Shown piece after piece: positions 8,997 through 19,457 of a stretch of 64,000 nt of DNA. The translations under genes and the position numbers were made by a program. The notes beneath the pieces were generated by a model. The model made no database searches. It saw nothing but the letters and a program-made list of their open reading frames with translations, and was not told the origin of the DNA. The stretch is from an uncultured Chloroflexia bacterium (lineage in GTDB: Bacteria; Chloroflexota; Anaerolineae; B4-G1; SLSP01), in NCBI GenBank assembly GCA_963751345.1, contig CAVVUS010000014.1, positions 96,001 to 160,000 of the forward strand, written 5' to 3'. Position 1 is the first letter of the stretch. Each line of letters opens with the position of its first letter.

Positions 8997-10208
8997 TCAG
9001 GTGAGCTTACGTGGCAAGGACAGTTCATCGCCTTCGCCCTCTCGGATCCTCTTCGTCTCGTCCAGCTCCATCCCCAGCCCCGGCGTGGTGGGCAGCGTCA
9101 CCTTGCCGTCCACGGGCGTGATGGGGTTCTTGAGGAAGTACTGGTGAATCGTGTTCCACTTGTCCAGATACTCCAGCAGCGGGCACGTGGGCTCCGGCTG
9201 CGAGGCGATCAGGTGCACCGTGGCGGGCACCGAGTGGCCGTGAGGGATCACCGGCAGGTCGTAGGCCGACGCCAGCGCGCAGATCTTGAGCATCTCGGAG
9301 ATGCCGCCCGCCCAGTAGATGTCGGGCTGAAGGACGTCCACGGCCCGCGCGTCCATCAAGGCCTTGAGCCCCCACCGCGTGTACTCGTGCTCGCCGCCGG
9401 CGATTGGGACCGAGACTGCCTGACGAATCTCGGCATACTGGGGGATCTTGTCGGGCAGCACAGGTTCTTCCAGCCAGCGTGGCTCATAAGGCGCCAACCG
9501 GCGCGCCATATCAATGGTATAGGGCACGTCCCAGCTCATCCAGCAGTCGAGCATCAGGTCGACGTCGGGCCCCACGGCCTCGCGCAAGGTCCGTACCAGC
9601 TCGACGTTCTTGGCGATGCCCTCCTTGCCGTCCGTGGGTCCCTCGCGGAAGAACCACTTCATCGCGCGGTAGCCCCGCGCGACCATCTCCTTGGCACGTT
9701 TAGCAACCAGCTCCGGCTCCAACGAGTAGCCCAACATGCTGGCATAGGCGGGGATCGACTCGCGCACGGGTCCGCCCAGCAGTCGGTAGACCGGAACGCC
9801 GGCCCACTTGCCCTTCAGATCCCACAGGGCGCAGTCGATCACGCTGAGCGCCATCATCGCCGTGCCCTTGCGCCCATGGACCATCGAGCGGTAAAGCCGG
9901 TCCCAGATGCGCTCCGTCGCCAGGGGATCGTGCCCGATCAACATCGGCGCGAGCTCGTGTTGGATAATGAAGGCCTGTTCCGACGTTGTGGGCCCTCCCA
10001 GCCCGGTGAGCCCTTCGTCGGTCTCGATCTCGCAGAACTGGGACTTCATGCTGTACCGACCGTCCCCGGCTTTGGCCAACCATCCGGCCCCCTGGGTCTT
10101 GTGCTCGGGATAGATATCCATCGGGCGAATCAGCCGCTCCTCCCAGAACTCGCCGGGGAAGGCCATCTCGCCCTGCACCTCGAACAAGCGGACTGCCGTG
10201 ATCTTCAT
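8997..10208 (-). CDS. Mandelate racemase/enolase-superfamily acid-sugar dehydratase (rhamnonate dehydratase-like)
   Basis: IDCALWDLKGK, LMLDCWMSW, WLEEP, GEHEYTRWG, LQPDI, IPHGHS. Confidence 0.88.
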   Translation of the reverse strand: MKITAVRLFEVQGEMAFPGEFWEERLIRPMDIYPEHKTQGAGWLAKAGDGRYSMKSQFCEIETDEGLTGLGGPTTSEQAFIIQHELAPMLIGHDPLATERIWDRLYRSMVHGRKGTAMMALSVIDCALWDLKGKWAGVPVYRLLGGPVRESIPAYASMLGYSLEPELVAKRAKEMVARGYRAMKWFFREGPTDGKEGIAKNVELVRTLREAVGPDVDLMLDCWMSWDVPYTIDMARRLAPYEPRWLEEPVLPDKIPQYAEIRQAVSVPIAGGEHEYTRWGLKALMDARAVDVLQPDIYWAGGISEMLKICALASAYDLPVIPHGHSVPATVHLIASQPEPTCPLLEYLDKWNTIHQYFLKNPITPVDGKVTLPTTPGLGMELDETKRIREGEGDELSLPRKLT

Positions 10209-10298
10209 GCACGCGCCTCCTTGATGACTGACCTGGTGGCCTCATTGTAGAAGGCGCCATGGCGGTGTCAAACACCCATCTGTCGTACCGTCATCAGG

Positions 10299-10327
10299 TT
10301 GACATATCCACTGGACAAGCCTACCAT
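10299..10327 (+). promoter_or_regulatory. Sigma70-type promoter upstream of the kinase operon
   Basis: TTGACA-N17-TACCAT. Confidence 0.55.
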
Positions 10328-10532
10328 CTTGGGTGCAGCCCACAATGGTGAGCCTACCTTCTCCACAACGGAACCCGGTACAGCATTCCCACGGTCGAGT
10401 TGCTATCCCTAGCGCTTGCGCAGGTGTTGCGCAAACGACGGACAGACGCCCGGCCGACCCGGCTCGATGTACACCGAAACTCCGGTTTGGGCATCGCCAG
10501 GTGGGGCCGGGAGCATAGAGGAGCACGATGGG

Positions 10533-13439
10533 ATGACATTGAGACGCAAGGTAGTAGTCCTATACACGGGCCTCGCCGTGGTGATCCTTGCCGTCGTCGG
10601 GGGATTGCTATCCGCCCAAGTCCGGCTCGACCAGCTCAGTAACCTTCAGCGGGAGCTATCGAACCAGCTCAAGCATATGGATTTCGCCCTGACCAGCTTT
10701 ATGGCGGAAGCAGACAGCGATGTCGCCGCCTTAGCCGCCAACAAGTTGGTTCGCATCAGGCAGGACCAGGAGTTCACCAGCTTCCTGGAAGCAGACCCGG
10801 AAACGTTCACCTATGACGTGGGCCAGACAGAACAAGATATCATTGACCTATTCAATGCCTTTCGTCTCACCCACCCCTATGTGAACTCGGTCTATATGGG
10901 GCGGCAGAACGGCAGCTTTGTCCGCTCCCACCCCCGGGCACAGCCCACACAGTACGATCCACGTACCAGGCCCTGGTATGTCCTGGGCTACGACAATCCG
11001 GGAGAGGTCCGGCACACCGCGCCTTATTCCGCGGTGACGACCTCGGATGTGAATATCGGCGTCGTGACAGCGCTTGTCGACGACGGGGGTCAGGTATATG
11101 GGGTCGTGGGGGCCGACATCACCCTGGCCAATCTGACCCAATACTTGTCGGGCTTTGAGATCGGCCATCAGGGTCAGATCCTGCTTCTCGACCAGAGCGG
11201 AACGATCCTGACCAGCAAGGACGAAGTGCTGCGTTTCCGGCCTGTCAGCCTACTCCTGGGCGACAAGGCGGATATGTTGCTGAGCGACCAAGACGGTATG
11301 TTGACCTTTGGGGCGGCGGCCGATGCCAGCCGCCTTTTCTATTACACCTCGCCCCGGCTCGGGTGGAAAATCGCGATTGTCGTCCCCGAGAGCCAGATCC
11401 GGCGCGAGATCTGGAGAGGCGTGTTACCCGGACTCACCGGGTTGCTCCTGGCCCTGATCTCATTGAGCGGGCTGACCTTTGCCGGCCTGAGCTTGGCGGT
11501 GATCCGGCCTTTGGTGCAGCTCGACGATGTCGCCCGCGGCATTGCCCGCACCGGCGATCTGGATCAGCAGGTCAAGATCAAAGCGGGGGATGAGATCGGA
11601 TCGCTGGCGTCATCTTTTAACCAGATGGTCCGGAGTATGCAGAATGCCCAGTATGATCTACAGCGGGAACGTGACCTGGCCGAAGCACTTAAGGATACAG
11701 CCGCCGCCCTGACAGCCACGCTGGACGTGGAAACCGTGCTAGACCGCATCCTCGAGAAGGTCAGCCGTGTCATTCCCAATGAGGCCTGCAACATTATGCT
11801 GGTCCAAGATGGCAAGGCTCGGGTCGTTCGGTGGTTAGGGTACAAGCCGTTTGGGGCAGAGGCGTTCATCGCCAATGTTGAGCTCTCGCTCACGGAGACG
11901 CCGGCCTTATGGCGGATGGTGTCGAGCAAGAAACCGATGCTTATCCCCGACGTTGAGGCGGATCCGGAATGGCGGCGATTTCCCGAGACGGCTTGGGTGC
12001 GCTGCTACGCCGCAACGCCTATCATCATACGGGATTCCGTCATAGGCTTCTTAAACGTGGAAAGTCCCATCCAGAGTTTCTATCAAGAGGATCAGCTAGA
12101 GTCGCTGCAGAGTTTCGCCGGATATGCTGCCGCCGCGATTGATAACGCACGGCTCTATGAGCAGGTGAAACGTGACGCAGTCGAACTGGAGACCCGCATC
12201 GAAGCTGCCACGCAGGAGCTTCGCCAGCGAAGCACAGAACTGGGAATCCTCTACGAGGTCGGCAGGGAGATCACCGCGACCTTGGCGCTCGACACAATGC
12301 TCCAGACAATTGTGGACAGCGCCATCCGGTTAGTGGATGCCGACAAGAGCCTGCTCGTGTTGCTCGATGCGCCGAAAGAGCGGCTGGTTGAGATCGTGGG
12401 GCACGGCTACGATCGTATGCAACTGGATGCGCACACCTTTGGCGAATTGCAGTCCGGCATCACCGGTTGGGTGCTCAGGGAAAAGGTTCCGACGCTGACC
12501 GGCAACCTCCAGAATGACGAGCGACAACGGGGCACGGCTTTGGCCAGTGCCCAGGCAAGCGGAGATCAATCGGCGGCGGTTGCTCCGTTGCTCATCGGGG
12601 ATCAGGTGCTCGGCACACTCACTGTGATAAACGGCCCTACAAAACGGGCTTTCACGCAGGCCGACTTGGGCCTGGTGACGATGCTGGCCAGCCAGGCCGC
12701 TGTCGCCATCCAGAATGCGCAACTCTATGAGGCTGCCCAGGAGGCGGATCGGCTCAAGTCCGCCTTCTTGGCAAGCATGTCCCACGAGTTGCGCACGCCG
12801 CTCAACTCGATCATCGGCTTTACCGGCATCCTGCTGCAGGGATTGGTGGGCCCGTTGAACGAAGAACAACAGAAACAACTCGGGATGGTAATGAACAGTG
12901 CCCGTCACCTGTTGGCCCTGATCAACGACGTACTGGATATCTCCAAGATCGAGGCGGGCGAACTCGAGCTGGCTTCGGAGACGTTCGACGTGCGCCAGAG
13001 CATCCAACGCGCCGTGCAGACCGTCACCCCGCTGGCCGACAAGAAGGGACTGCCACTCATCGTCGAGATGTCCCCGGAGGTAGGCTGCATCGTCGGTGAC
13101 CAGCGACGTGTGGAGCAGATTCTGATCAACCTGGCCAACAACGCCATCAAGTTCACCGACGAGGGGTCGGTCCGCATCAGAAGCGAGATTATGGGCGGCA
13201 AGCTTGTCACCCAGGTGGTCGACACGGGGATTGGCATCCGACCCGAGGACGTGGTCAAGCTGTTCAAGCCGTTCCGCCAGATCGATACCGGTGTCGCCCG
13301 CCAGCACGAGGGAACCGGCTTGGGGCTTGCCATATGCAATCGACTGGTGACCATGATGGGCGGCAGGATCTGGGTGGAAAGCCGGTGGGGTGAAGGAAGT
13401 ATCTTCTCTTTTTCACTGCCGGTCGACGATTGTGGATGA
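10533..13439 (+). CDS. Membrane sensor histidine kinase (Cache-HAMP-GAF-GAF-HisKA-HATPase)
   Basis: N-terminal TM, YDPRTRPWY Cache motif, DEIGSLASSFNQM HAMP, two GAF domains, MSHELRTPLN, NAIKFT, GTGLGL. Confidence 0.93.
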   Translation: MTLRRKVVVLYTGLAVVILAVVGGLLSAQVRLDQLSNLQRELSNQLKHMDFALTSFMAEADSDVAALAANKLVRIRQDQEFTSFLEADPETFTYDVGQTEQDIIDLFNAFRLTHPYVNSVYMGRQNGSFVRSHPRAQPTQYDPRTRPWYVLGYDNPGEVRHTAPYSAVTTSDVNIGVVTALVDDGGQVYGVVGADITLANLTQYLSGFEIGHQGQILLLDQSGTILTSKDEVLRFRPVSLLLGDKADMLLSDQDGMLTFGAAADASRLFYYTSPRLGWKIAIVVPESQIRREIWRGVLPGLTGLLLALISLSGLTFAGLSLAVIRPLVQLDDVARGIARTGDLDQQVKIKAGDEIGSLASSFNQMVRSMQNAQYDLQRERDLAEALKDTAAALTATLDVETVLDRILEKVSRVIPNEACNIMLVQDGKARVVRWLGYKPFGAEAFIANVELSLTETPALWRMVSSKKPMLIPDVEADPEWRRFPETAWVRCYAATPIIIRDSVIGFLNVESPIQSFYQEDQLESLQSFAGYAAAAIDNARLYEQVKRDAVELETRIEAATQELRQRSTELGILYEVGREITATLALDTMLQTIVDSAIRLVDADKSLLVLLDAPKERLVEIVGHGYDRMQLDAHTFGELQSGITGWVLREKVPTLTGNLQNDERQRGTALASAQASGDQSAAVAPLLIGDQVLGTLTVINGPTKRAFTQADLGLVTMLASQAAVAIQNAQLYEAAQEADRLKSAFLASMSHELRTPLNSIIGFTGILLQGLVGPLNEEQQKQLGMVMNSARHLLALINDVLDISKIEAGELELASETFDVRQSIQRAVQTVTPLADKKGLPLIVEMSPEVGCIVGDQRRVEQILINLANNAIKFTDEGSVRIRSEIMGGKLVTQVVDTGIGIRPEDVVKLFKPFRQIDTGVARQHEGTGLGLAICNRLVTMMGGRIWVESRWGEGSIFSFSLPVDDCG

Positions 13440-13488
13440 GAGAGCCAACGAAGGTGACGGTGGTCGGCAATCTGCAGGGGGTGAGCCC

Positions 13489-13917
13489 ATGACAGAAGAT
13501 CAAGAACCGGCAAGCGAGACCCGGCGACCGAGAATACTGGTCATCGAAGACAATGAACAGAATCTCTACCTGACAACCTATATCCTCGAAAAGCACGGTT
13601 ACGAGGTCATCCAGGCACGCGAGGGCCGCGAGGGGACCAGACTGGCAGCCCAGGTCGGGCCCGATCTGATTCTTCTGGACATCCAACTGCCCGAGATGGA
13701 CGGTTACCAGGTGGCACAGGCATTGAGGAGCAACCCGGCCCTGGACGGCGTGCCTATCGTTGCAGTCACGTCGTACGCCATGGTCGGCGACAGGGAGCGC
13801 GTCATAGCTGCCGGCTGCACCGGCTACATCGAAAAGCCTATCAATCCTGACACGTTTGTTGCCCAGGTAGAGGCGCAGTTGCCGGATAGTGCAGCCGGCA
13901 GAGGAAGTGGCATATGA
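13489..13917 (+). CDS. Single-domain response regulator (DivK-like)
   Basis: ILVIEDN, LILLDIQLPEMDG, AVTSYAM, YIEKPI. Confidence 0.92.
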   Translation: MTEDQEPASETRRPRILVIEDNEQNLYLTTYILEKHGYEVIQAREGREGTRLAAQVGPDLILLDIQLPEMDGYQVAQALRSNPALDGVPIVAVTSYAMVGDRERVIAAGCTGYIEKPINPDTFVAQVEAQLPDSAAGRGSGI

Positions 13918-15971
13918 CTCGAGTGCTGATCGTGGACGACCAGGAACAGAACCTCTATATGCTGCAGGTGCTACTACAAGGGCATAACTACGAGGTAATG
14001 TCAGCGCGGAACGGGATCGAGGCATTGGATCTTGCCCGGGAGCAGGCCCCGGATCTCATCGTCACGGATATCCTGATGCCCGGCATGGATGGTTTTGCCC
14101 TGTGTCGCGAGTGGATGGCAGACGCGAGGTTGCAGCATGTGCCCCTGGTCTTCTACACCGCCACATACACCGATCCCAGGGACGCCTCATTTGCCTTGAG
14201 CCTGGGAGCAGCGCGGTTCATCGTCAAGCCTGCTGAGCCGGATGCCTTTATCGAGATGGTGCAACAGGTGTTGGGCGATCACGCAGCACACCAGCTGACT
14301 CCCACCATCGAGCCGCATGGCCAGCCTACGGAGGTCTACTACCAGCAGTATAACCAAGCCCTGATCCGCAAGCTAGAGGACAAGATGGCGCAGCTCGAAG
14401 AGGCGAATCACTCGCTGGAGCTCGACATTGCTGCACGGGAACGGGTTGAAGAGGAACGTGCGGACCTGACTACCCAGATCCACGAACAGGCGCGTCAGAT
14501 GGAGCAGGTCCTCGCCACTGTGCCGGCAGGCGTGCTCCTACTGAATGCCGAGTGGCGTGTAGTGATGGCCAATCCCGCGGCCGAAGAAGACCTCACCGTC
14601 CTAGCCGATGCCAAGGTAGGAGACGTCCTCACCCGCCTTGGCGACCGTCCGCTGGCCGAGCTGCTCACCTCCCCGGTCACCAAGGGGCTGTGGCATGAGG
14701 TACGGGTGGGAGACAACGTCTTTGAGGTCATCGCCCGGCCTATGGCGGACGGCCCAGATCCGGAGCGCTACGTGCTGGTGGTCAATGACGTCACCCGCGA
14801 GCGCGAGATCCAGACGGAACTGCAGCAACAGGAACGCCTCGCCGCCGTCGGGCAACTGGCCGCCGGCATCGCACATGACTTCAACAACATCCTGGCCATC
14901 ATCGTCCTCTATTCCCAGATGGACCTCCATATCCCCGACCTTCCCGGACAGCTTCGTGCGCATCTACAAACCATCGCACACGAGGCCAAACAGGCCTCCA
15001 ACCTCATTCAGCAGATTCTGGATTTCGGCCGCCGTGCCGTCCTCGAACCTCAACCGCTGAACCTCGTGCCCTTCCTCAAGGAACGCGTCAAGCTGCTCGA
15101 ACGCACCCTTCCAGAGAGCATCAAGGTCGAGCTCAGCCACGCGCCGGATGAGGCTATCATCAGAGCCGATCCAACGCGTATGCAGCAGATGATCACCAAT
15201 CTGGCCGTTAACGCCCGGGACGCTATGCCCCAGGGCGGGACTCTGCAAATCGGACTGGAGAGATTGCGGTTCGGACCCCATGATGCCGTGCCACTCCGCG
15301 GGATGACACCCGGCCCGTGGATCAAGGTTATGGTCGGCGATACCGGCACGGGTATTGCACCCGAGACAGCGCTCCACATTTTTGAGCCCTTCTTCACCAC
15401 CAAGGAACGTGGCAAGGGCACGGGGCTGGGGCTCGCCCAGGTCTACGGCATCGTCAAGCAGCACGACGGCCATATTGACGTGCAAACCCAGATGGGCCTG
15501 GGCACTACTTTCACCATCTATCTACCGGCCCTCGAAGTGGCGACCTTCGAAGATGAACCTATGATTCCAATTAGTCTGCCCTTGGGACACGCCGAGACGA
15601 TTCTGGTCGTGGAAGACAACACGACCTTACGTGAAGCTGTGGTGAGCGCCCTGCACTTGCTCAACTACCAAACGCTGGAAGCTGCTGACGGACACGAGGC
15701 GCTGGCGATACTGGACGAAAAAGCCGCGGGCGTCTCCCTCATCCTGAGCGACCTAGTGATGCCCAAGATGGGGGGCCAGGCGCTATTCAGCGCGCTGCAG
15801 GAGCGCCGGCTAGCTGTGCCGGTAGTCATGATGACCGGCCATCCTATGGAACGTGAACTGCTCGACCTGCAAGCCCACGGCCTGGCCGATTGGGTGCTCA
15901 AGCCTCCCCGCGTTGAGACACTGGCTACGATGCTCGCACGAGTGCTGCATGGGAGAGATGCAGATACGTGA
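13914..15971 (+). CDS. Hybrid histidine kinase (REC-PAS-HisKA-HATPase-REC)
   Basis: N-terminal REC, GIAHDFNNIL, NARDAMP, FEPFFTTK, C-terminal REC SDLVMP. Confidence 0.93.
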   Translation: MTRVLIVDDQEQNLYMLQVLLQGHNYEVMSARNGIEALDLAREQAPDLIVTDILMPGMDGFALCREWMADARLQHVPLVFYTATYTDPRDASFALSLGAARFIVKPAEPDAFIEMVQQVLGDHAAHQLTPTIEPHGQPTEVYYQQYNQALIRKLEDKMAQLEEANHSLELDIAARERVEEERADLTTQIHEQARQMEQVLATVPAGVLLLNAEWRVVMANPAAEEDLTVLADAKVGDVLTRLGDRPLAELLTSPVTKGLWHEVRVGDNVFEVIARPMADGPDPERYVLVVNDVTREREIQTELQQQERLAAVGQLAAGIAHDFNNILAIIVLYSQMDLHIPDLPGQLRAHLQTIAHEAKQASNLIQQILDFGRRAVLEPQPLNLVPFLKERVKLLERTLPESIKVELSHAPDEAIIRADPTRMQQMITNLAVNARDAMPQGGTLQIGLERLRFGPHDAVPLRGMTPGPWIKVMVGDTGTGIAPETALHIFEPFFTTKERGKGTGLGLAQVYGIVKQHDGHIDVQTQMGLGTTFTIYLPALEVATFEDEPMIPISLPLGHAETILVVEDNTTLREAVVSALHLLNYQTLEAADGHEALAILDEKAAGVSLILSDLVMPKMGGQALFSALQERRLAVPVVMMTGHPMERELLDLQAHGLADWVLKPPRVETLATMLARVLHGRDADT

Positions 15972-16067
15972 GCGACTCGGTACGGCCAAGGCTTTGTACC
16001 CGGTGCCGGCATGGTCCGGCTGCGGCGTAATCGCGACACACCCATACAATCCACCAGGAGGCACTCA

Positions 16068-17123
16068 ATGACCATCAGGAACCTGAGCCCCAATCAGATG
16101 TTCGTGGAGATGGCAAAGGCCCACGTCCCCGAGTACCACTTCGCAGGCACGACGAGGGTCGATTTCGAGGCTTGGAAGCAGGAGGCCCTTCCCAAGGTGC
16201 TGGCCACGCTAGGCGACGCCCCGCCCGCGGTCGATCCCAACCCGCAGCTATTGGCCGAATGGGAATATCACGGCCTCAAGCGGCAACGCTGGATCATCGA
16301 CGTGCAGCCCTACCTCTCGGCGACGATGCTGGTGAACATTCCTCAAGGCCTCGGCGAAGATGAGAAGCGGCCCGCGATTCTCTGCTGTCACGGCCACGGG
16401 CAATTCGGCAAGGAGCCCGTGATGGGCAACGACTCCAGCCCCGAGCTGCGACAGGCCATCGCCGCCCACGGCTACAACTACGGGGAGGTGATGGCGCAGA
16501 AGGGCTTCATCACCTACGCCATCGATTGGATCGGCTTCGGGGAGCGCAACGACAGCCAGAAGCCCAACCACCTGGCGGTGGCGCGCAGCCGCGACTGGTG
16601 CAACCTCTACTACCTCCACGCCACGATGTTCGGTATGACCTCACTGTCGATCAACGTGGCCCACGGCAAGGTCGCGACCGACGTGGTGAGCGGCTTCCCG
16701 AACGTCGACGCGGACCGCCTCGGCGTGATGGGGCTGAGCGGCGGCGGCACGATGACGCTGTGGATGACACTGTGCGACGAACGGTTCAAGGCCAGCGAGA
16801 TCATCTGCTACAGCGACCTCTGGTGGGCCTTTGGGATGCGCGACATCAACTACTGCGGCATGCAGGTGGCCCCCGGACTTTTCAAGCTGGTGGACCTGCC
16901 CGACCTCCAGGGCCTGATTGCGCCGCGCCCGCTGTTGATCTCGATGGGGGCCAACGACACCTGCTTCAAGGTGGACACGGCGATGCAGTGCTACAACCAC
17001 CTCACCACGATCTACGAAGCCGCAGGCGCCTCCGACCGGCTCGACCTCGATCTCCATCCCGGCGAGCACGGCTGGGCGGGGAACAAGTCGGAGGGATTCT
17101 TCGGACAGTATCTAGGAGGATAG
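16068..17123 (+). CDS. Alpha/beta hydrolase (dienelactone hydrolase/acetyl esterase-like)
   Basis: PAILCCHGHG, GLSGGG nucleophile elbow, LIAPRPLL, HPGEH; RBS AGGAGG. Confidence 0.85.
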   Translation: MTIRNLSPNQMFVEMAKAHVPEYHFAGTTRVDFEAWKQEALPKVLATLGDAPPAVDPNPQLLAEWEYHGLKRQRWIIDVQPYLSATMLVNIPQGLGEDEKRPAILCCHGHGQFGKEPVMGNDSSPELRQAIAAHGYNYGEVMAQKGFITYAIDWIGFGERNDSQKPNHLAVARSRDWCNLYYLHATMFGMTSLSINVAHGKVATDVVSGFPNVDADRLGVMGLSGGGTMTLWMTLCDERFKASEIICYSDLWWAFGMRDINYCGMQVAPGLFKLVDLPDLQGLIAPRPLLISMGANDTCFKVDTAMQCYNHLTTIYEAAGASDRLDLDLHPGEHGWAGNKSEGFFGQYLGG

Positions 17124-17178
17124 GCGAGCGGTCAGCTTTCAGCGACCAGAGAGAATAGGTAGAGGGTATACGGTCGGA

Positions 17179-17210
17179 AACCTTGCGAAGGTTCGGACCT
17201 TCGCAAGGTT
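17179..17210. repeat. REP-like palindrome between convergent genes
   Basis: AACCTTGCGAAGGT-TCGG-ACCTTCGCAAGGTT; same arms at 19383-19449. Confidence 0.8.
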
Positions 17211-17253
17211 GTCCCACAGCGATGAAAAGTTAGGGTGCGAGGATGGCGCTCGC

Positions 17254-18528
17254 TCACTCCACGACCGTCAATTCACGCTCTGGCCCGATCACTGAGAGGT
17301 GACCATTAGCCTCGGCCCGACGCCGCACCCCTATCAGCAGCAAGGCGCCCACCAGGGTCCCCAGGGCCGCCAGGCCAAAGGCGACCGGATAACCTGCAAA
17401 GACGCCGGGCCGCAGGGCGTTGACGCCATCGATCAGCGGCCCGCCCAACCGGCTGACCGCCCCAGCCCCGGCGGTCGCCAAATTTGTGTATCCCAGGTAC
17501 TTGCCACCCTCGCCGGCGGGGATCAGGTCGGTCGCCAGGGCCCAGTTGACGCTCACAAAGACACCCGTAGCCATCCCCACGATCGCGCCGAACGCGTAGA
17601 CCATCTCCACGCTGCGTGCGAAGACGAGCAGCGCGATGCCGATCGAAGCCGCGATGCCCGCGGCGATGTTTAGCGTCCAACGCCCGATCTTGTCCGACAG
17701 CCACCCGGCAGGAAAGACCAGAAGCGTCAGAGCCACGCCAATTGCTGCCATCAGGTTGCCGGTCACCGCCGCGGCATTGGGCACCCCCAGCCAGTCGCGG
17801 ATGTAGTATTGGGCGAAGCTCTGCAGAATGTAGATCCCTGAGAGGATCAGGAAGCGCGAGAACAGCATCTCGGCGTAGGCCGGATAGCGGGCCAGGTCCG
17901 CCCGCACCGAAATCGCTCGTCGGGGCTTGGCTGACGTCGCGGTTAGCCGCGATTCGTGCGTCGTGAACACCGTCGTGGCCGCGCTCAGCGCCAGGACCCC
18001 GGCGATGAGCGCAAAGGCCAGACCTGGGTTATCGTTGCCCATCAACTGCCCGGCCACCAACGAGGTCACGACGAGGCCGCCCATGTCGAAGAGATTCTTG
18101 ATCCCCGACACCAGTCCCCGATGCTCGGCAGGCACCAGATCAGGGATAAGCCCTTGAGCGGGACCGTGGGCCATGTTCGAGACCACCTGCAACAGCACAT
18201 AGCCGACGGCCAGTTGCCATAGCTGAAGGGCGCCGGCCATAACGGCCAAACAACCAAGGCTTGCCAGAGTGCCGGCAACCATCCACGGTCGTCGACGCCC
18301 CCACCGGCTGCGAGTGCGGTCGCTCCATGCCCCGGCCAGAGGCTGAATCGCCATCGCAAGCATCAGCCCGACAAAAGTCAGCGCCCCGAGATAGGTATTC
18401 TTCAGCCCTTCCGGCACGAAGCGCAGAAGCAGGGCCGGCAGCACGATCGGGTGGAGCGCATTCCACATGAAAGCCAGCCCGAACCAGTAGACGTTCATCG
18501 CGACGTAGGCATAAGCTCGTGTCTTCAC
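17254..18528 (-). CDS. MFS transporter (SLC45/sugar-cation symporter-like)
   Basis: GAWSDRTRSRWGRRRPW, LIPDLVP, GWLSDKIGR, multiple TM helices; GTG start assumed. Confidence 0.88.
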   Translation of the reverse strand: MKTRAYAYVAMNVYWFGLAFMWNALHPIVLPALLLRFVPEGLKNTYLGALTFVGLMLAMAIQPLAGAWSDRTRSRWGRRRPWMVAGTLASLGCLAVMAGALQLWQLAVGYVLLQVVSNMAHGPAQGLIPDLVPAEHRGLVSGIKNLFDMGGLVVTSLVAGQLMGNDNPGLAFALIAGVLALSAATTVFTTHESRLTATSAKPRRAISVRADLARYPAYAEMLFSRFLILSGIYILQSFAQYYIRDWLGVPNAAAVTGNLMAAIGVALTLLVFPAGWLSDKIGRWTLNIAAGIAASIGIALLVFARSVEMVYAFGAIVGMATGVFVSVNWALATDLIPAGEGGKYLGYTNLATAGAGAVSRLGGPLIDGVNALRPGVFAGYPVAFGLAALGTLVGALLLIGVRRRAEANGHLSVIGPERELTVVE

Positions 18529-18558
18529 GGGTTTCTGCTCCTGGCCAAAGGGTGTAGG

Positions 18559-19380
18559 ATGGCGGCTATGGTACCGCCAATCGCTGCGGATGCACAATCA
18601 AGTGAACAAGGGCCTCTACCTATAGAAACACCTGAGGACGCGCGTCGTTACCACGTTCCGGCGAGTGTGTTGGGCACCCTGATCTGGGCAGCGACGATAG
18701 GGCGGCGACGCTCGTTCGCACGAGACGCGAGGACGGCGATGCAAGGCGTCTCCCCCCTGGTATTCGGGGCGGACCACGTGCCGACGGAAGGCGCCTGCCT
18801 TGTCACGTGCAACCACTATACCCGCCCGGGCTTTGGCGCGTGGTGGATAGCCCTGGGCATAGCGGCCGTGATTGCGGATCATCGTGCAGCAGGCGCCGCC
18901 GCTGACCTCCATTGGGTGATGACGGCCGCATGGCGCTATCCCAAAGGAGACTGGCGCCGCCGCGTGATCACACCTCTGACAGAGCGGGCGTTTGCGCGGG
19001 CGGCCCGTGTCTACGACTTCGTGACCATGCCCCCGATGCCGCCGGACCCGGCCGAGATCGACGCGCGAGCCTTGGCCGTTCGTCGCACCCTGCGTCTCGC
19101 GCATCGGTTAGTCGGGGAAGGTGGCTTGCTTGGCCTTGTGCCGGAGGGACGCGATACACCGGAACTTCTCGGCGATCCGCCGCCCGGCGCAGGTGCCTTC
19201 ATCGCACTGCTGGTCCAGGCCGGGATGCCGGTGCTGCCGGTAGGCGTCGCAGAGAACAACGGACGGATGTGGATCAGCTTCGGCGCGCCCTTCGTGCCCG
19301 AGATCCCACAGCGGCGTGCTGACCGCGACCGTGCGGTCAGCCGTCAGGTCATGGCCGCTATCGCCACACAGCTGCCATGA
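18559..19380 (+). CDS. PlsC-like lysophospholipid acyltransferase family protein (start uncertain)
   Basis: CLVTCNHY, GLVPEGRD, PVLPVGV acyltransferase blocks. Confidence 0.7.
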   Translation: MAAMVPPIAADAQSSEQGPLPIETPEDARRYHVPASVLGTLIWAATIGRRRSFARDARTAMQGVSPLVFGADHVPTEGACLVTCNHYTRPGFGAWWIALGIAAVIADHRAAGAAADLHWVMTAAWRYPKGDWRRRVITPLTERAFARAARVYDFVTMPPMPPDPAEIDARALAVRRTLRLAHRLVGEGGLLGLVPEGRDTPELLGDPPPGAGAFIALLVQAGMPVLPVGVAENNGRMWISFGAPFVPEIPQRRADRDRAVSRQVMAAIATQLP

Positions 19381-19382
19381 CC

Positions 19383-19449
19383 AACCTTGCGAAGGTGGCC
19401 CGAGCCCCGGAAACTGCGCCGGGGCTCGGGCTTGAACCTTCGCAAGGTT
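19383..19449. repeat. REP-like compound palindrome between convergent genes
   Basis: AACCTTGCGAAGGT [GCCCGAGCCCCGG...CCGGGGCTCGGGC] ACCTTCGCAAGGTT. Confidence 0.8.
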
Positions 19450-19457
19450 CAGGGGAC

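Noticed and set aside
10330-10530. Possible riboswitch (e.g. c-di-GMP) in the long kinase leader
   Set aside because: Only short hairpins; no recognisable aptamer consensus or terminator.
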